Notes under the pieces: model-generated
What the model was told of the DNA's origin: nothing
Database searches by the model: none
Seen by the model: the letters and a program-made list of their open reading frames with translations, nothing else
NCBI GenBank assembly: GCA_963675495.1
Contig: OY776215.1
Coordinates: 1,760,001-1,824,000 of the forward strand
DNA from: an uncultured Methanolobus sp.
GTDB taxonomy: Archaea; Halobacteriota; Methanosarcinia; Methanosarcinales; Methanosarcinaceae
Direction of reading: 5' to 3'
Length of the DNA stretch: 64,000 bases
Shown here: positions 40,335 to 50,688 of the stretch, piece after piece
Position numbering within the stretch: the first letter of the stretch is position 1
Layout of the letters: the number at the start of each line of letters is the position of its first letter
Translations under genes and position numbers: made by a program

Positions 40335-40844
40335 ATGGTAAAGATCTTTAAGAAAAAAGAAGAGAAAAAAACTCTTCCTGAAGAAGGCAAGGTCCAGCTT
40401 GCAGACGCATCCCGCAGGTTGGGTTTTGAAGTAGGTTACCATCATCACTCTGAAATTGGCTGGGTCCAGGAAAAACTATCACAAATATACAGGTTCGCTG
40501 AAGAATACGACCTCAATGATTTTGTAAAAGAACAATACAATAGTGGTAAAGAGGAAGGTTCCAAAGCAAAGGAAAGGGTTACTAAATCAGAACTTTCCAG
40601 AAAAAGCGTATCAAATAAAGTTGAACAACTTTCTGCTATTTCAATTGACAGAACAAAAAAAGACCATAGGAATTCAAATATTGGTTCAGGCTATAAAAGA
40701 TTCAATGTTGCACTTTCCGGTTCTTCTGATATGATTCGCCAACCAGGTCTTGTAGACCTGCCAGACAATATAGAGCGCCCAAAATCTATAGATAGGCCTT
40801 CTTTTTTAGATGGTGCCAGACATCTGACACCTAAAAAGAAATAG
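40335..40844 (+). CDS. Hypothetical protein co-transcribed with the KaiC-like ATPase
   Basis: Starts 12 nt after the ATPase stop; conserved-looking LGFEVGYHHHSEIGWV segment. Confidence 0.75.
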   Translation: MVKIFKKKEEKKTLPEEGKVQLADASRRLGFEVGYHHHSEIGWVQEKLSQIYRFAEEYDLNDFVKEQYNSGKEEGSKAKERVTKSELSRKSVSNKVEQLSAISIDRTKKDHRNSNIGSGYKRFNVALSGSSDMIRQPGLVDLPDNIERPKSIDRPSFLDGARHLTPKKK

Positions 40845-40864
40845 GAGTATTTATTGAAAAGGTA

Positions 40865-41902
40865 TTATTGTTCATAGCCAAAAGCAATGAACCTCTGTTT
40901 TTCATCAAGATTTGCAAAGATAAATCTGTCATCTTTGCTGTAGGCAACTTCCTTTGACCCGGATAATTTCAAGGTATATTCTTTTCCCGGACTTGCCTTT
41001 TCAACTTTATTTTCACCTTCAGTTATTTCCATAACTTTTACAGGTGAAGACTGGAGTCCAACATAAAGATGTAGCATATCACCAAGATTGAATTCTTTTG
41101 CCAGTGGTGAAAGAGTACATTTCAATATGAAATCTGTTGCAACAGTTTCTTCCTGTGAAACTATAAAGCCCCGGTCAATGTCCTTTGATTGTATACCTTT
41201 GAGGGCAAGCCCTACTCTTGCACCTGCAGGAGCAGATTTGACATCTACATCATGCATCTGTATGGATCTGATCTCCAGTTCCTTTTTGGTTGGGTATGCT
41301 ATCATCTTGTCCTTTGCGTTAATGGTTCCCTGTGTCGTAACTCCAAGCACAACACATCCGATACCGGTAACATTGAAGGACTGGTCTATTATTATACGTG
41401 GGCGCAGGCTGTCAAGTTCTTTCAGGTCTTCGGCTGCCCTGTCACCAACTGTGAATATGAGTTCTTTTAGCTCTTCCATGCCTTCAAAAGAAGTAGTGGA
41501 TATGGAAATGTAATCCCAGTTCTCAAGTGCAGTTCCTGTTGTAATTTTCTGTAACTTGGCCTGAAGCTCTTCCTGTGCAAGAGGATATGAAGTATCAGAT
41601 TTTGTGAGAACAACAATACCATGTTTATATTTCATCAGGTCAAGTGCAATGATACATTCTGCAGCCAGTGGATCAAGTCCTGTTGGAGGTATGCATAAAA
41701 GAGCGACATCAGAAAGGTTAAGTGCTGTAACCAATGCTTTTACAGACGCCGGATAACCGGTAGCATCAATGGTTGTGAGTATCCTGTCGTTCTTGGCATA
41801 ATCATACATTGTGACATCTGTAACGTTACTTCTCTTTCCAAGTTTTCCGGCAAGCGTGGTCTTACCGCTTTGCTCACTTCCGATGATAGTAATCTTTGTC
41901 AT
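40865..41902 (-). CDS. SelB-like/EF-Tu-family translational GTPase (aSelBL)
   Basis: G1 GSEQSGKT, G4 TKSD, IDQSFNVTGIGCVVLG, IRSIQMHD; no SelB C-terminal SECIS domain. Confidence 0.88.
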   Translation of the reverse strand: MTKITIIGSEQSGKTTLAGKLGKRSNVTDVTMYDYAKNDRILTTIDATGYPASVKALVTALNLSDVALLCIPPTGLDPLAAECIIALDLMKYKHGIVVLTKSDTSYPLAQEELQAKLQKITTGTALENWDYISISTTSFEGMEELKELIFTVGDRAAEDLKELDSLRPRIIIDQSFNVTGIGCVVLGVTTQGTINAKDKMIAYPTKKELEIRSIQMHDVDVKSAPAGARVGLALKGIQSKDIDRGFIVSQEETVATDFILKCTLSPLAKEFNLGDMLHLYVGLQSSPVKVMEITEGENKVEKASPGKEYTLKLSGSKEVAYSKDDRFIFANLDEKQRFIAFGYEQ

Positions 41903-41955
41903 ATAGGCACCCTTTTTGTGGTTTACGAATTAATCTATTCAGATATATGTCTTTT

Positions 41956-43125
41956 TCACGACCACAACTGTCCCTCTAACATTGCAAGGGTCTTATCATT
42001 TGTGCTCTTGTTTACCTTCCGGATGTTGATGACATACTCATCACCATTTTTCTCAGATACCTCAAAGGCAACATAAAGACCGAACCTTTGAAGGTATGAA
42101 CTGAATTTGTGGATAGTTTCCCTGTCTCCTACTCTTATCTTGAAATCATCGGAGATCCGCTGACCTGCCTGAACCTGAGCTATCGTCTTTTTCATCGGGG
42201 TGAGTAAACTTTCCCCAAGCCTGAGGCATCTTTTCTGGAAATTTTCCTCATTTTCTTCCCATTCGTAAGACTGGAACCCCTCACGTACAACTCTGGAGAA
42301 GAGGAAATCCCGCCCTGTTTCATTATAAAATTTGAATGCATGGTGCAGGTCAGAACAATTACTTTCTGAACATGTGTATTTTATTGGTTGCAATACCATC
42401 TCCGGATCTTTGATAACGACGCCTTCATGTCCCTTTTTTCCAAGTTCTTTGATAATTTCTGTTATCTTTTCAGGTGCTTCACTGATGCTGAATTCACCAA
42501 ATAAAATAACTTGATCAAAATCATATTCCTCTGCCAATTCTCTCCTCTTGTGGACTGGCAAGGCTTCTCCTGAATCCTTATACCTCATGTCAAAAACAAA
42601 AAATTTCAGGGATTCGATATTGTAGACATATTTTTGTACATATGGATTTTCAGGGCCCACCATTTCTCCATATACGATGATATCAGGGTGATCTAAGAAG
42701 AAATCCCTTTTGAGGAATTTCTGTACCCTTTCCGTAGAATAAGGGCAAACATGGCCGCTACGGGTAAAAGCAATGAGCTTGCTTTTGTAGTCGATAACAC
42801 GGACATTATACCCGTTCATTTTCTCTTCAACAGCTACAGAATCGATTTCACCGAACTTTTTCTTTACTGCAGGTCCAAGGAGCATTGCTCTATTAATCTT
42901 GGGAAAACCCCTTATGAGTTCAAAGGAGCCAGATTTATCAATTAACACGGTTCCGTCTTCAAGATTTGGTACGTGTCCTTCAAATCTATAAATATTGTTG
43001 TATTCATCCCAATTTTGTTGCAGGTTCCTCTTTTCAACAAGTTCTTGAAGTCTGGAAGGCGGAAGCTCCAAAAAGTCTGCCGCCTTCTCGATATCAAGTT
43101 CTATCTTTGGGTAAGATTTCATCAC
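41956..43125 (-). CDS. ATP-dependent RNA ligase (Pab1020/Rnl3 family)
   Basis: RGFPKI, motif I EEKMNGYNVR, GEMVG, FFVFD, EGVVIK, KYT. Confidence 0.92.
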   Translation of the reverse strand: MMKSYPKIELDIEKAADFLELPPSRLQELVEKRNLQQNWDEYNNIYRFEGHVPNLEDGTVLIDKSGSFELIRGFPKINRAMLLGPAVKKKFGEIDSVAVEEKMNGYNVRVIDYKSKLIAFTRSGHVCPYSTERVQKFLKRDFFLDHPDIIVYGEMVGPENPYVQKYVYNIESLKFFVFDMRYKDSGEALPVHKRRELAEEYDFDQVILFGEFSISEAPEKITEIIKELGKKGHEGVVIKDPEMVLQPIKYTCSESNCSDLHHAFKFYNETGRDFLFSRVVREGFQSYEWEENEENFQKRCLRLGESLLTPMKKTIAQVQAGQRISDDFKIRVGDRETIHKFSSYLQRFGLYVAFEVSEKNGDEYVINIRKVNKSTNDKTLAMLEGQLWS

Positions 43126-43140
43126 CAGACACCTGGTTCT

Positions 43141-43923
43141 TTACTGTGCCATTCCTCTGATAATGCTCCTTCTGGTTATTAGCCCAACCATCTGACCTTC
43201 AAGGTTGATAACGGGCAGCCCTCCAAGATTCTCTTCAAGCATCATTTTTGCTGCATCGGTTGTCGAGGTGTTTGTGTAAACTGTTTTTACACTCATCTTT
43301 ATAATATCTTCGACAATGAGATTCTTTATACGGGAGTCCTGTTTACTACCTTCGACCAGGTCACGGAAAGAGCGCATGGCTGTTGCAATATCCGTTTCTG
43401 TTACAATTCCAACAAGTTTGTCACCTTCGATGATAGGTATTCTTCCAACGTTGTTGTCAAGCATAAGCCGTCTTACATGGCTGACACGGTCCGCAGGACT
43501 TGCTACAATAGGATTCTGTTGCATTATCTCTCCGGCATACCCGGTGAAATTGTTGTTCTTGAGTATCTCGTTAGGAGTTACCCAACCAAGAATCTTGTCA
43601 TTCTCCATAACAACTATCACTCCTCCGTTTTTTATCATCAGCGTGATAGCATCGGCTGCTTTCGTATCCGGCAGTACTTTTGTGAAATTATCTGATATTG
43701 CCGTTGCAACATGCAGGGAAGAAGCAGGCTTACTTCCTTTTTTACGAGTTCCGAGTTCCCTTGTAATATTTCTCATGGTAAGTACGCCAAGCAGCTTATC
43801 ATCGTGTCTTACCAGAAGACGCCTTGTACCTTTCTTGTCCATAATGTCAAGTGCATGGGAAATGGTGTCTGATTTATCTACTACCAGTGGTTGTGCCATT
43901 ATATCCTTTACTTCCATTGTCAT
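43141..43923 (-). CDS. CBS domain protein (4 CBS)
   Basis: Repeated IM..P, GRIPII..LVGIVT..DI. Confidence 0.9.
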   Translation of the reverse strand: MTMEVKDIMAQPLVVDKSDTISHALDIMDKKGTRRLLVRHDDKLLGVLTMRNITRELGTRKKGSKPASSLHVATAISDNFTKVLPDTKAADAITLMIKNGGVIVVMENDKILGWVTPNEILKNNNFTGYAGEIMQQNPIVASPADRVSHVRRLMLDNNVGRIPIIEGDKLVGIVTETDIATAMRSFRDLVEGSKQDSRIKNLIVEDIIKMSVKTVYTNTSTTDAAKMMLEENLGGLPVINLEGQMVGLITRRSIIRGMAQ

Positions 43924-43962
43924 TCCTCTGATCTTTGTTTCGCTTTTCTGGTTATTCGATGT

Positions 43963-44802
43963 TTACTGTACTGCTTTAAGTATCTCTCTCCTGCTGATAA
44001 GGCCAATGATTTTCCCATCATTAACAACCGGCAGGGCAATAGTGTGCTCTGAGAGCATCATCTTTGCTGCATACACCGCCTTGTTTTTGATATCTACAGA
44101 TGGTGGAAGTTCTGACATTATATCTTCAGAAACAAGAGGAACTTCTTTCACGTAGCGATATTCCTTCTGACCGGCAGGAGTTGAACGCCTGGTCATCTTT
44201 ATGCTCTTTGATGGAAGTTTTCCTTCGTTGTCAGCCATGATATTGAATGCTACATTGCTTGTTGTTATCATGCCAACAGCTTCATCAGCGTCATCTGTAA
44301 CGATAACACGGTTTGTCTTGTTCTCCTCCATTTCATGGATCACATGGTTGATGGTGTGATGTCTGTGGACAAACACGATATCTTCTGTCATTATTTCAGA
44401 AATTTTAGTTTTCACATCCTGCTCAGAGAAGTATTTTATAATGTCAGTTCCAGTTACTATGCCAACTACTTCCCTGTTCACTACGGCCAGTGAGTTTATA
44501 CCATTCTCTATCATCAGGTCGATTGCCTGGGTCACAGAAGCACCCGGGTATATTGTGATAGGGTTTTCATGCATAACCATGCTTACAGGAATTTTATCTA
44601 TTGGTCTTCTCCTCCACATGGGTTCAGCTTGAGCAAGCCTTTTTCCAAGGTCTGTCTTTGTAAGAATACCAATCATTTCTTCATTCTGAGCAACCACCAG
44701 GGTGCTGATCTTGTGCTTAAGCATCAGGTTTCTTGCATGCGCTACGGTTTCTTCCGGTGCTATGGTAAAGACCGGTGAACTCATAATGTCTTTCACATTC
44801 AT
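43963..44802 (-). CDS. CBS domain protein
   Basis: Tandem CBS motifs; GGAGG RBS. Confidence 0.9.
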   Translation of the reverse strand: MNVKDIMSSPVFTIAPEETVAHARNLMLKHKISTLVVAQNEEMIGILTKTDLGKRLAQAEPMWRRRPIDKIPVSMVMHENPITIYPGASVTQAIDLMIENGINSLAVVNREVVGIVTGTDIIKYFSEQDVKTKISEIMTEDIVFVHRHHTINHVIHEMEENKTNRVIVTDDADEAVGMITTSNVAFNIMADNEGKLPSKSIKMTRRSTPAGQKEYRYVKEVPLVSEDIMSELPPSVDIKNKAVYAAKMMLSEHTIALPVVNDGKIIGLISRREILKAVQ

Positions 44803-44829
44803 GTTGTTCCTCCTTTTTGGAAGCTTGAC

Positions 44830-45476
44830 CTTTCATCAGGACAAGCCTGCAGGACATCTTTAATCTATTATCCATCAAAGAACTCATCATTACCAGTTTT
44901 AGTGGATCGATGTGCTCTTTTCGTTTCTACTCATATACGTGTCTGTGAATCTGTTCATGTTTTCTGAAAACAGACCCATCTATCATTTTTTCATGAAAGT
45001 CACATTTGTGACAATTCCCGCTTGCAATCGGGTTTTCTTTTCCACCTCCTAATTAACTTATAATATCAGCTGATATGGTTATACCATCTGATTTGATCAT
45101 AGTAAGCACTGAAGTTGTAAGCAATCCAGGGTCTTTTTTCTGGAATCCCATTATCTTTATTTCCAGTTCATTGACCTGATATTTTATTATCAATTTAAAC
45201 CACTATATTCCACAACATCACAAAATTACAGAGAATATGTTCTTAGAATCTCCATAAGTCTTGTGAACGATATCCATGCCTCATGGTAAACCACACTACG
45301 CCTGCAAGTGCAAGATCGCACTTTCAAAACCCTGATAATGTGCAATGCCTGTTTGTAGCAACAGTAGATCCAGCAAACACAAAACCCCGGTTTTTAATCA
45401 CTGTTCCCAGCTTTAATCCAGGCGTTGCTTTGAAAGTCGATACATTTCTTTTTTTAAGATATATCGGGACAGACAT
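44830..45476 (-). pseudogene. Decayed CBS-domain gene
   Basis: GGTGA RBS plus ATG at 45476, no long ORF, residual DGITISADIIS*LGGGKE (stop 45053-45055) and terminal DVLQAC. Confidence 0.55.
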
Positions 45477-45524
45477 TTATTTCACCAACTTGAAGCGTTC
45501 TTAATAAGATGACAAGTCAAAGGA

Positions 45525-46133
45525 CTAGTCATAGTAACCTTCTTCCTCTTTACAATCTTCACACAGAATCAATTCGTTAACATTCGTCAGGCTGTCGACA
45601 AAAGCTCCACAACGTTGACATATACCACGTTCAAGCTCCGGTTCCTGACTATATTTTTTCTCATGATGCAGTTCGATCAGACCTTCCAGAATAGTGTTCA
45701 GACCTGGAGCAATAGCTATTATGTCCCTGTCAGTTACCATTCCCACTATTTGGTCGCCTTCCATCACAGCAAGCCTGCGAATATTGGATCTCACCATCAT
45801 TTCAGCAGCTTCGATTATATTTGTAGGGGTTTTTGTTGCTATGATCGGAGTTGACATTATCTCTCTGGCAGTCATTTCTGCCGGAAGTACATTTTTGACA
45901 ACAGTCTTGGTTATTATGTCACGTTCAGTTATGATGCCAGTACTATCACCGTCTTCAATTACGATGATGCTACCTGTGTTGCTTCTCGTCATTTCCTTTG
46001 CAACATCAAGAACACTAGCATTGACATCAATGTCAAAAATTTCCTTTGACATTATTTCCTTGACCGACATCTCATTCTGAATCTCCATTATGGAGACATC
46101 GGTTTCCATATCATCCTGAACTTTCAAGACCAT
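45525..46133 (-). CDS. CBS domain protein with C-terminal zinc ribbon
   Basis: GIITERDI, IRRLAV, GICQRCG..LCEDC. Confidence 0.9.
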   Translation of the reverse strand: MVLKVQDDMETDVSIMEIQNEMSVKEIMSKEIFDIDVNASVLDVAKEMTRSNTGSIIVIEDGDSTGIITERDIITKTVVKNVLPAEMTAREIMSTPIIATKTPTNIIEAAEMMVRSNIRRLAVMEGDQIVGMVTDRDIIAIAPGLNTILEGLIELHHEKKYSQEPELERGICQRCGAFVDSLTNVNELILCEDCKEEEGYYD

Positions 46134-46330
46134 AAGATGTACCTCAGAATCCTGGATTAAAGGAATCGATTACCCATAGTCCACTAAATAAAATGTTACT
46201 TTTATTGTATAAATAGGTGTTCGTAGATTTTTTAATATGATTTGCATGCTACTGATAATAGCATCAGGCAAGTCATTATAATAAAAAAGAAAAGATTCCG
46301 GAACAATTCAAAGTGAATTTGCCGGACATC

Positions 46331-46357
46331 TAATGAAAGTATTAATGAAAGTATTAA
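46331..46357. repeat. 12-bp tandem duplication TAATGAAAGTAT x2
   Basis: Directly visible just after the RPA stop codon. Confidence 0.8.
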
Positions 46358-46361
46358 CTAT

Positions 46362-47489
46362 TCACCGAACTATGATTCTTGTCCTGTTTCCTGCACTAAG
46401 TTCTATTTCATCATTGAATCCGGATTTAGAGAATGCATCAATTATTTCTACAGCCATATCGATATCAAGCTCTTCTACAAGGAGAGCATGGTCACCCCAT
46501 AATGCAATACGTATCCTTCCGCTGTCATCTGAGACATAGATGTTTGAAACCATATTCACAGTCCCATCGTCACGATCGAATTCCCTTAGTTCCCCAAGGC
46601 CTGACACCTGTCCTGATATGGAGTATGATTCTCCTGGTATGATATCAGCTATTGATGTGAAATCTTCCTTAAACTCGACTTCATCCTCTATTTTTCTGAT
46701 AGTACTGCGATTTCCAACCTGCATTTCTACCTGCTGGTTGAAGTTGTTCTCCTTTGCGTACCCATTGATTATTTCTACCGAATCATCTGTCTGGAGTTCT
46801 TTTGTAAGGTCTGCAGTTTCATCCCAGAGTGTTACTCTTATTTTGCCGGTTTCATCACCGATCATAATGTTTGCGACTTTTCCGACAGTACCATCTTTTT
46901 TGTTGAATGTCCTTATATCAGCTATATCAAGGATCCTGCCGCGAATGTTGAGGTCACCCATTCCACTTTTGATATCTTCTATCTTTTTTGAATCGATGCG
47001 GGCTTCTACTTTTTCATCTGTTTCACAAAGAACACCGTTGTTGCCTATATTCACTTCAATGCCGGAATACCCTTCCTTGACGTAGCCAGCTACCTGGTAA
47101 TTCTGGCCAACTTCAATATTTCCTGTCTTCACAAGATCTGCCCTGTCATCCCATAGTGTCAGGCGTATTGATCCGGTTTCGTCTGCAACAATGATGTTTG
47201 CAACTCTGCCGACGGTGCCGTCATTTCGGTTGAATTCCTTTGCAGGGAAAACAGACATGACCTTTGCAATGAACTTGACATTACCACTGCTTGGAGTTAT
47301 ACCTGATATTTTCTGTAACTGGTTCTCTCCGGTGTCACTGGCTCCATGGTCGTGAGCCACAAGCATGGCGGCGGTCCTGACGTCACAGAGTCCGCTCATT
47401 TGTTCTACTTTCTCTTCAACTTCACGCGTAAAATCTTCTTTACTGATGACGCCGCCGAGCTTTTCATATATGTCATTTATCTCATCCAT
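46362..47489 (-). CDS. rpa: Replication protein A (three OB folds)
   Basis: Three repeats of F.R.DG..G.V....DETG.IR.TLW. Confidence 0.92.
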   Translation of the reverse strand: MDEINDIYEKLGGVISKEDFTREVEEKVEQMSGLCDVRTAAMLVAHDHGASDTGENQLQKISGITPSSGNVKFIAKVMSVFPAKEFNRNDGTVGRVANIIVADETGSIRLTLWDDRADLVKTGNIEVGQNYQVAGYVKEGYSGIEVNIGNNGVLCETDEKVEARIDSKKIEDIKSGMGDLNIRGRILDIADIRTFNKKDGTVGKVANIMIGDETGKIRVTLWDETADLTKELQTDDSVEIINGYAKENNFNQQVEMQVGNRSTIRKIEDEVEFKEDFTSIADIIPGESYSISGQVSGLGELREFDRDDGTVNMVSNIYVSDDSGRIRIALWGDHALLVEELDIDMAVEIIDAFSKSGFNDEIELSAGNRTRIIVR

Positions 47490-47686
47490 GATAATACCCT
47501 GAAAACTGAATTGAATATATTAAAATCATCCATCTACTTTTCAACTAGTCTAGTATTCTCTTAGATAATTAATCTAACGAAGATGTTTATAAAAATCCTG
47601 ATATTTTGATATTTTAGAAATTATATTGTAATTATTCCGTTATTTTAATAAGATATATTAATTATAAGATGTATTTGCAAGATATC

Positions 47687-48322
47687 ATGATCCGTAAATG
47701 TAAAGAGCATGGCTATTTCAGGGGAGAGATCTGCCCTGATTGTGGAGAAGAAGGACGTTATGTGCTGGATGATGATCGGGAAGAGAGACTTGGAAGGTTT
47801 GTTTCCGGTGCATTGAGACACTTCCCTGGAGATGTGGGTATTGAAATGGACTCTCTGGGTTGGGTAGAGCTGGGTCAACTCTGCGATGTCATGAAAAAAC
47901 GCTACAAATGGGGAACAATGGAACGTCTGATCTCACTTGTTGAATCTGACAGGAAAGGGCGGTATGAGATAGAGGACAATTTCATAAGGGCAAGATATGG
48001 ACACTCTGTAGATGTGGACCTAATATCTGATTACCCTGAAAATGATTTGCCTTACCTCTACTATGGTGTCAGTCAGGAAGAGACGGATATGTTGCTTGAC
48101 AATGGTATTTTCCCTATCAGGCAGTGCTATGTACACCTTAGTACCTCATTTGAAAAATCAAAGGAAGCCGCTTCGGTTCACACGGATAACCCTGTTATTA
48201 TCGAAGTGGATGCTAATGCTGCGCAGCAGGATGGGGTCGATATTGTTACCGTAAATACTGACATTGTCCTTGCAAGGGGAATTCCGCCGGAATATCTCAG
48301 TGTTGTAGAATCTGAGGATTGA
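47687..48322 (+). CDS. kptA: RNA 2'-phosphotransferase (Tpt1)
   Basis: SGALRH, KGRYE, IRARYGHS, VHLS; N-terminal Zn knuckle. Confidence 0.93.
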   Translation: MIRKCKEHGYFRGEICPDCGEEGRYVLDDDREERLGRFVSGALRHFPGDVGIEMDSLGWVELGQLCDVMKKRYKWGTMERLISLVESDRKGRYEIEDNFIRARYGHSVDVDLISDYPENDLPYLYYGVSQEETDMLLDNGIFPIRQCYVHLSTSFEKSKEAASVHTDNPVIIEVDANAAQQDGVDIVTVNTDIVLARGIPPEYLSVVESED

Positions 48323-48325
48323 TCC

Positions 48326-49321
48326 TCATTCTACGGACATTTCTATCAGGCCTTTGTTTTCATTGATTATGAAGTGTACATCAAGCAACTGTTCGGTCAC
48401 ATGGATGTTTGTCAGGCAATGCGGTGTAAGCTTTCTTGTTGTGAATGACCCGCTTTTGGCAAGCCCCATGTAAGGTATTAGCTGATCAGCCAGATGAATA
48501 TCAACAGCTGCCTGGGAGTTCAGTTCATCAAGCAACATACGGGCAGCTAGGCTACCTACTTTTTCTGCAGGTGTTCCTTTTTTCCCCGTGTTTACCGATC
48601 CCATGAGTCCTGACCATAATGTGATTCCACTTCCAGTTGAGTGATAATTTTCTGTTTCAATGTCTATATGTGCGCTTGTTCTATGCTCTTCCAGAACTTT
48701 CTGCGCAGAATCAGCCTGCTTTTTTGCGACATGTTCAGGGAGGTTAGAACAATGAGATCTACCTTGTATGTTCCTTTTAAGTGCTTTAAAATCATATCCT
48801 TTCAATTTGGAAGGGTTGATCTCTATTTCTGCCACTCCTTTGCCTTTCGGGTAATACCCACGTTCAATAAGTCTTATATTTGCTTTGTACCCCATTTTTG
48901 ACAGAGCCTTTAATGTCAGTTCTTTCAAGTAGTCTATTGATGGCGACCATGCAACATCGGTTCCCCCGGTTATTCTCAGTTTTGTCCTTTCAGGAGAATA
49001 AGCGGCTATTGGCATGATGGACTGCATGAGCAATGGAATACTTCCTGCAGTTCCAATATGTATGTCAGTTTCAACCTCCCTTATTTCCGATGGAGAAAAG
49101 TATATCTGGGTGGAGCCCGGAAAAAGTCCCTTGATGTTGGCATCGCACATCATGGCAACAGTTTCAATTGATTTGAGATGCTGGGGTTTTAGTCCTTTTT
49201 TTGGACGATTATGGCGTATGTTCTTTATCACGATATCTTCTTTGATGATAGTTGACAGGGCAACTGCTGTCCTGAGTATCTGCCCACCGCCTTCTCCGTA
49301 GGAACCATCTATTTCTATCAT
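48326..49321 (-). CDS. rtcA: RNA 3'-terminal phosphate cyclase
   Basis: DGSYGEGGGQILR, GTAGSI, GGTDV, RGYYPKG, HLADQL. Confidence 0.95.
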   Translation of the reverse strand: MIEIDGSYGEGGGQILRTAVALSTIIKEDIVIKNIRHNRPKKGLKPQHLKSIETVAMMCDANIKGLFPGSTQIYFSPSEIREVETDIHIGTAGSIPLLMQSIMPIAAYSPERTKLRITGGTDVAWSPSIDYLKELTLKALSKMGYKANIRLIERGYYPKGKGVAEIEINPSKLKGYDFKALKRNIQGRSHCSNLPEHVAKKQADSAQKVLEEHRTSAHIDIETENYHSTGSGITLWSGLMGSVNTGKKGTPAEKVGSLAARMLLDELNSQAAVDIHLADQLIPYMGLAKSGSFTTRKLTPHCLTNIHVTEQLLDVHFIINENKGLIEMSVE

Positions 49322-50688
49322 TTTCTTATTTTACGCATCTTTTTCAATGATCCCTTTGCAGCAAAACTAACGGGGTCTATAAGCATTGATACAGGTGGAG
49401 CGTAGCAGGTCTCAATGTTTGCCAGTTCATCAACAGTTGTTCTTTTTTTGATGGCAAGTGTGAGTGCATCAATACGTTCTTTTACTCCTTCTCCACCAAC
49501 CACCTGGGCACCAACGAGACATCTTTCACTGAATATGAGTTTGATGAAAAGTTTGGTCCCACCAGGGTAATAATCTGCTCGTGTGGATCCAGTTGCCAGT
49601 CCTGTTACTATTTTAATGTTATTTTCCATTGCATCTTTTGATGTGATACCTGTAGTTCCAACTTGTAATTCTCCTATGACAGCTATCCAGGGGTTAAGAA
49701 TGGGGCCAAATTCACCGGGACTTGAAGTAAGATTGTTCGTTATGACTCCTGCCATTCTTCTCGCAGTACTTGCAACCTGGCTTAGCATCGCTTTTCCTGT
49801 GACTAATTCATGGACCTCGACGCATTCACCCCCGCAAAAGATATCCTGGTGGTATTTACCTCCAACAGATGGGTGCAAATACTTGTCCACAATTATTCCT
49901 CCGGTGTCTCCTATGTCAATTCCTGCATTTGAAGCCAGTTCATTCTCTGGTTCAACTCCTGTGGATAATATTACAAGATCTGCCGGAAATTTGGTAGAAG
50001 CAATTGTAACGGACTCTACATATGTTTCCCCATTTATTGATTCAGGTATATTTGCTGTTATGACTTTAACTCCCAAAAGCTCAAGATGTTCCTTCACTGA
50101 TTCCGCCATGTCCGGGTCAATGTTATGTGAGAGGATCGATGAACTTCTGTTGAGAAGAATGGTGTTTATGTTCCTCTGGGAAATGGCTGCTGCGAGTTCT
50201 GCACCAATGGAGCCTCCTCCAATTATCACAACACTTGATGCCTCAGCAAGTTTTTCTTCTATTTTCATGGCATCAGATAGTGTTCTTAGGGTGAAAACAT
50301 TTTTAAGTGAGGTTCCCTGGATGTTCTCGGGGATCCTTGGTTTGCTGCCTGTAGCAATAACAAGTTTGTCGAAGTGATATTCCTGCCCGTTGGAGCTAAT
50401 GGTATATCCTTCAATGTCAATAGAGTCTACTTTGCTTTCAAGTAGAAGGTCTATTCCCATATCTTTAAAGAACTTATTATCTCTCAGGATCAACGATTTG
50501 AAACCCTTGATCTGTTTCCCAATTACAAAAGGCATTCCACATTGGCTATATGCTGTGTGTTTATCTTTGGAGAACACAGTTACAGAATAGCTGCTGTGGC
50601 GGGTAAGGCTTGTAGCCACAGCCATTCCTACTGCACCACCGCCTATTATGATCACATTTTTGTCATCGTTCATCTTTTTTTCTCGCAT
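49318..50688 (-). CDS. FAD-dependent NADH oxidase / CoA-disulfide reductase family protein
   Basis: GGGAVG, YSQCGMP active-site Cys, IATGS, GGGSIGAE, CYAPP. Confidence 0.88.
   Translation of the reverse strand: MREKKMNDDKNVIIIGGGAVGMAVATSLTRHSSYSVTVFSKDKHTAYSQCGMPFVIGKQIKGFKSLILRDNKFFKDMGIDLLLESKVDSIDIEGYTISSNGQEYHFDKLVIATGSKPRIPENIQGTSLKNVFTLRTLSDAMKIEEKLAEASSVVIIGGGSIGAELAAAISQRNINTILLNRSSSILSHNIDPDMAESVKEHLELLGVKVITANIPESINGETYVESVTIASTKFPADLVILSTGVEPENELASNAGIDIGDTGGIIVDKYLHPSVGGKYHQDIFCGGECVEVHELVTGKAMLSQVASTARRMAGVITNNLTSSPGEFGPILNPWIAVIGELQVGTTGITSKDAMENNIKIVTGLATGSTRADYYPGGTKLFIKLIFSERCLVGAQVVGGEGVKERIDALTLAIKKRTTVDELANIETCYAPPVSMLIDPVSFAAKGSLKKMRKIRK

Noticed and set aside
40865-41902. 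True SelB / selenocysteine machinery
   Set aside because: The protein lacks the C-terminal extension and no sel genes or tRNA-Sec are present; it fits aSelBL.
13372-45527. Amber readthrough at other TAG-terminated genes (13374, 22837, 28666, 45525)
   Set aside because: Each is followed within a few codons by an in-frame TAA or TGA with no domain continuation.
43316-50377. Long antisense ORFs such as 43316-44155 and 49583-50377
   Set aside because: They mirror well-supported genes on the opposite strand and have no motifs or RBS.
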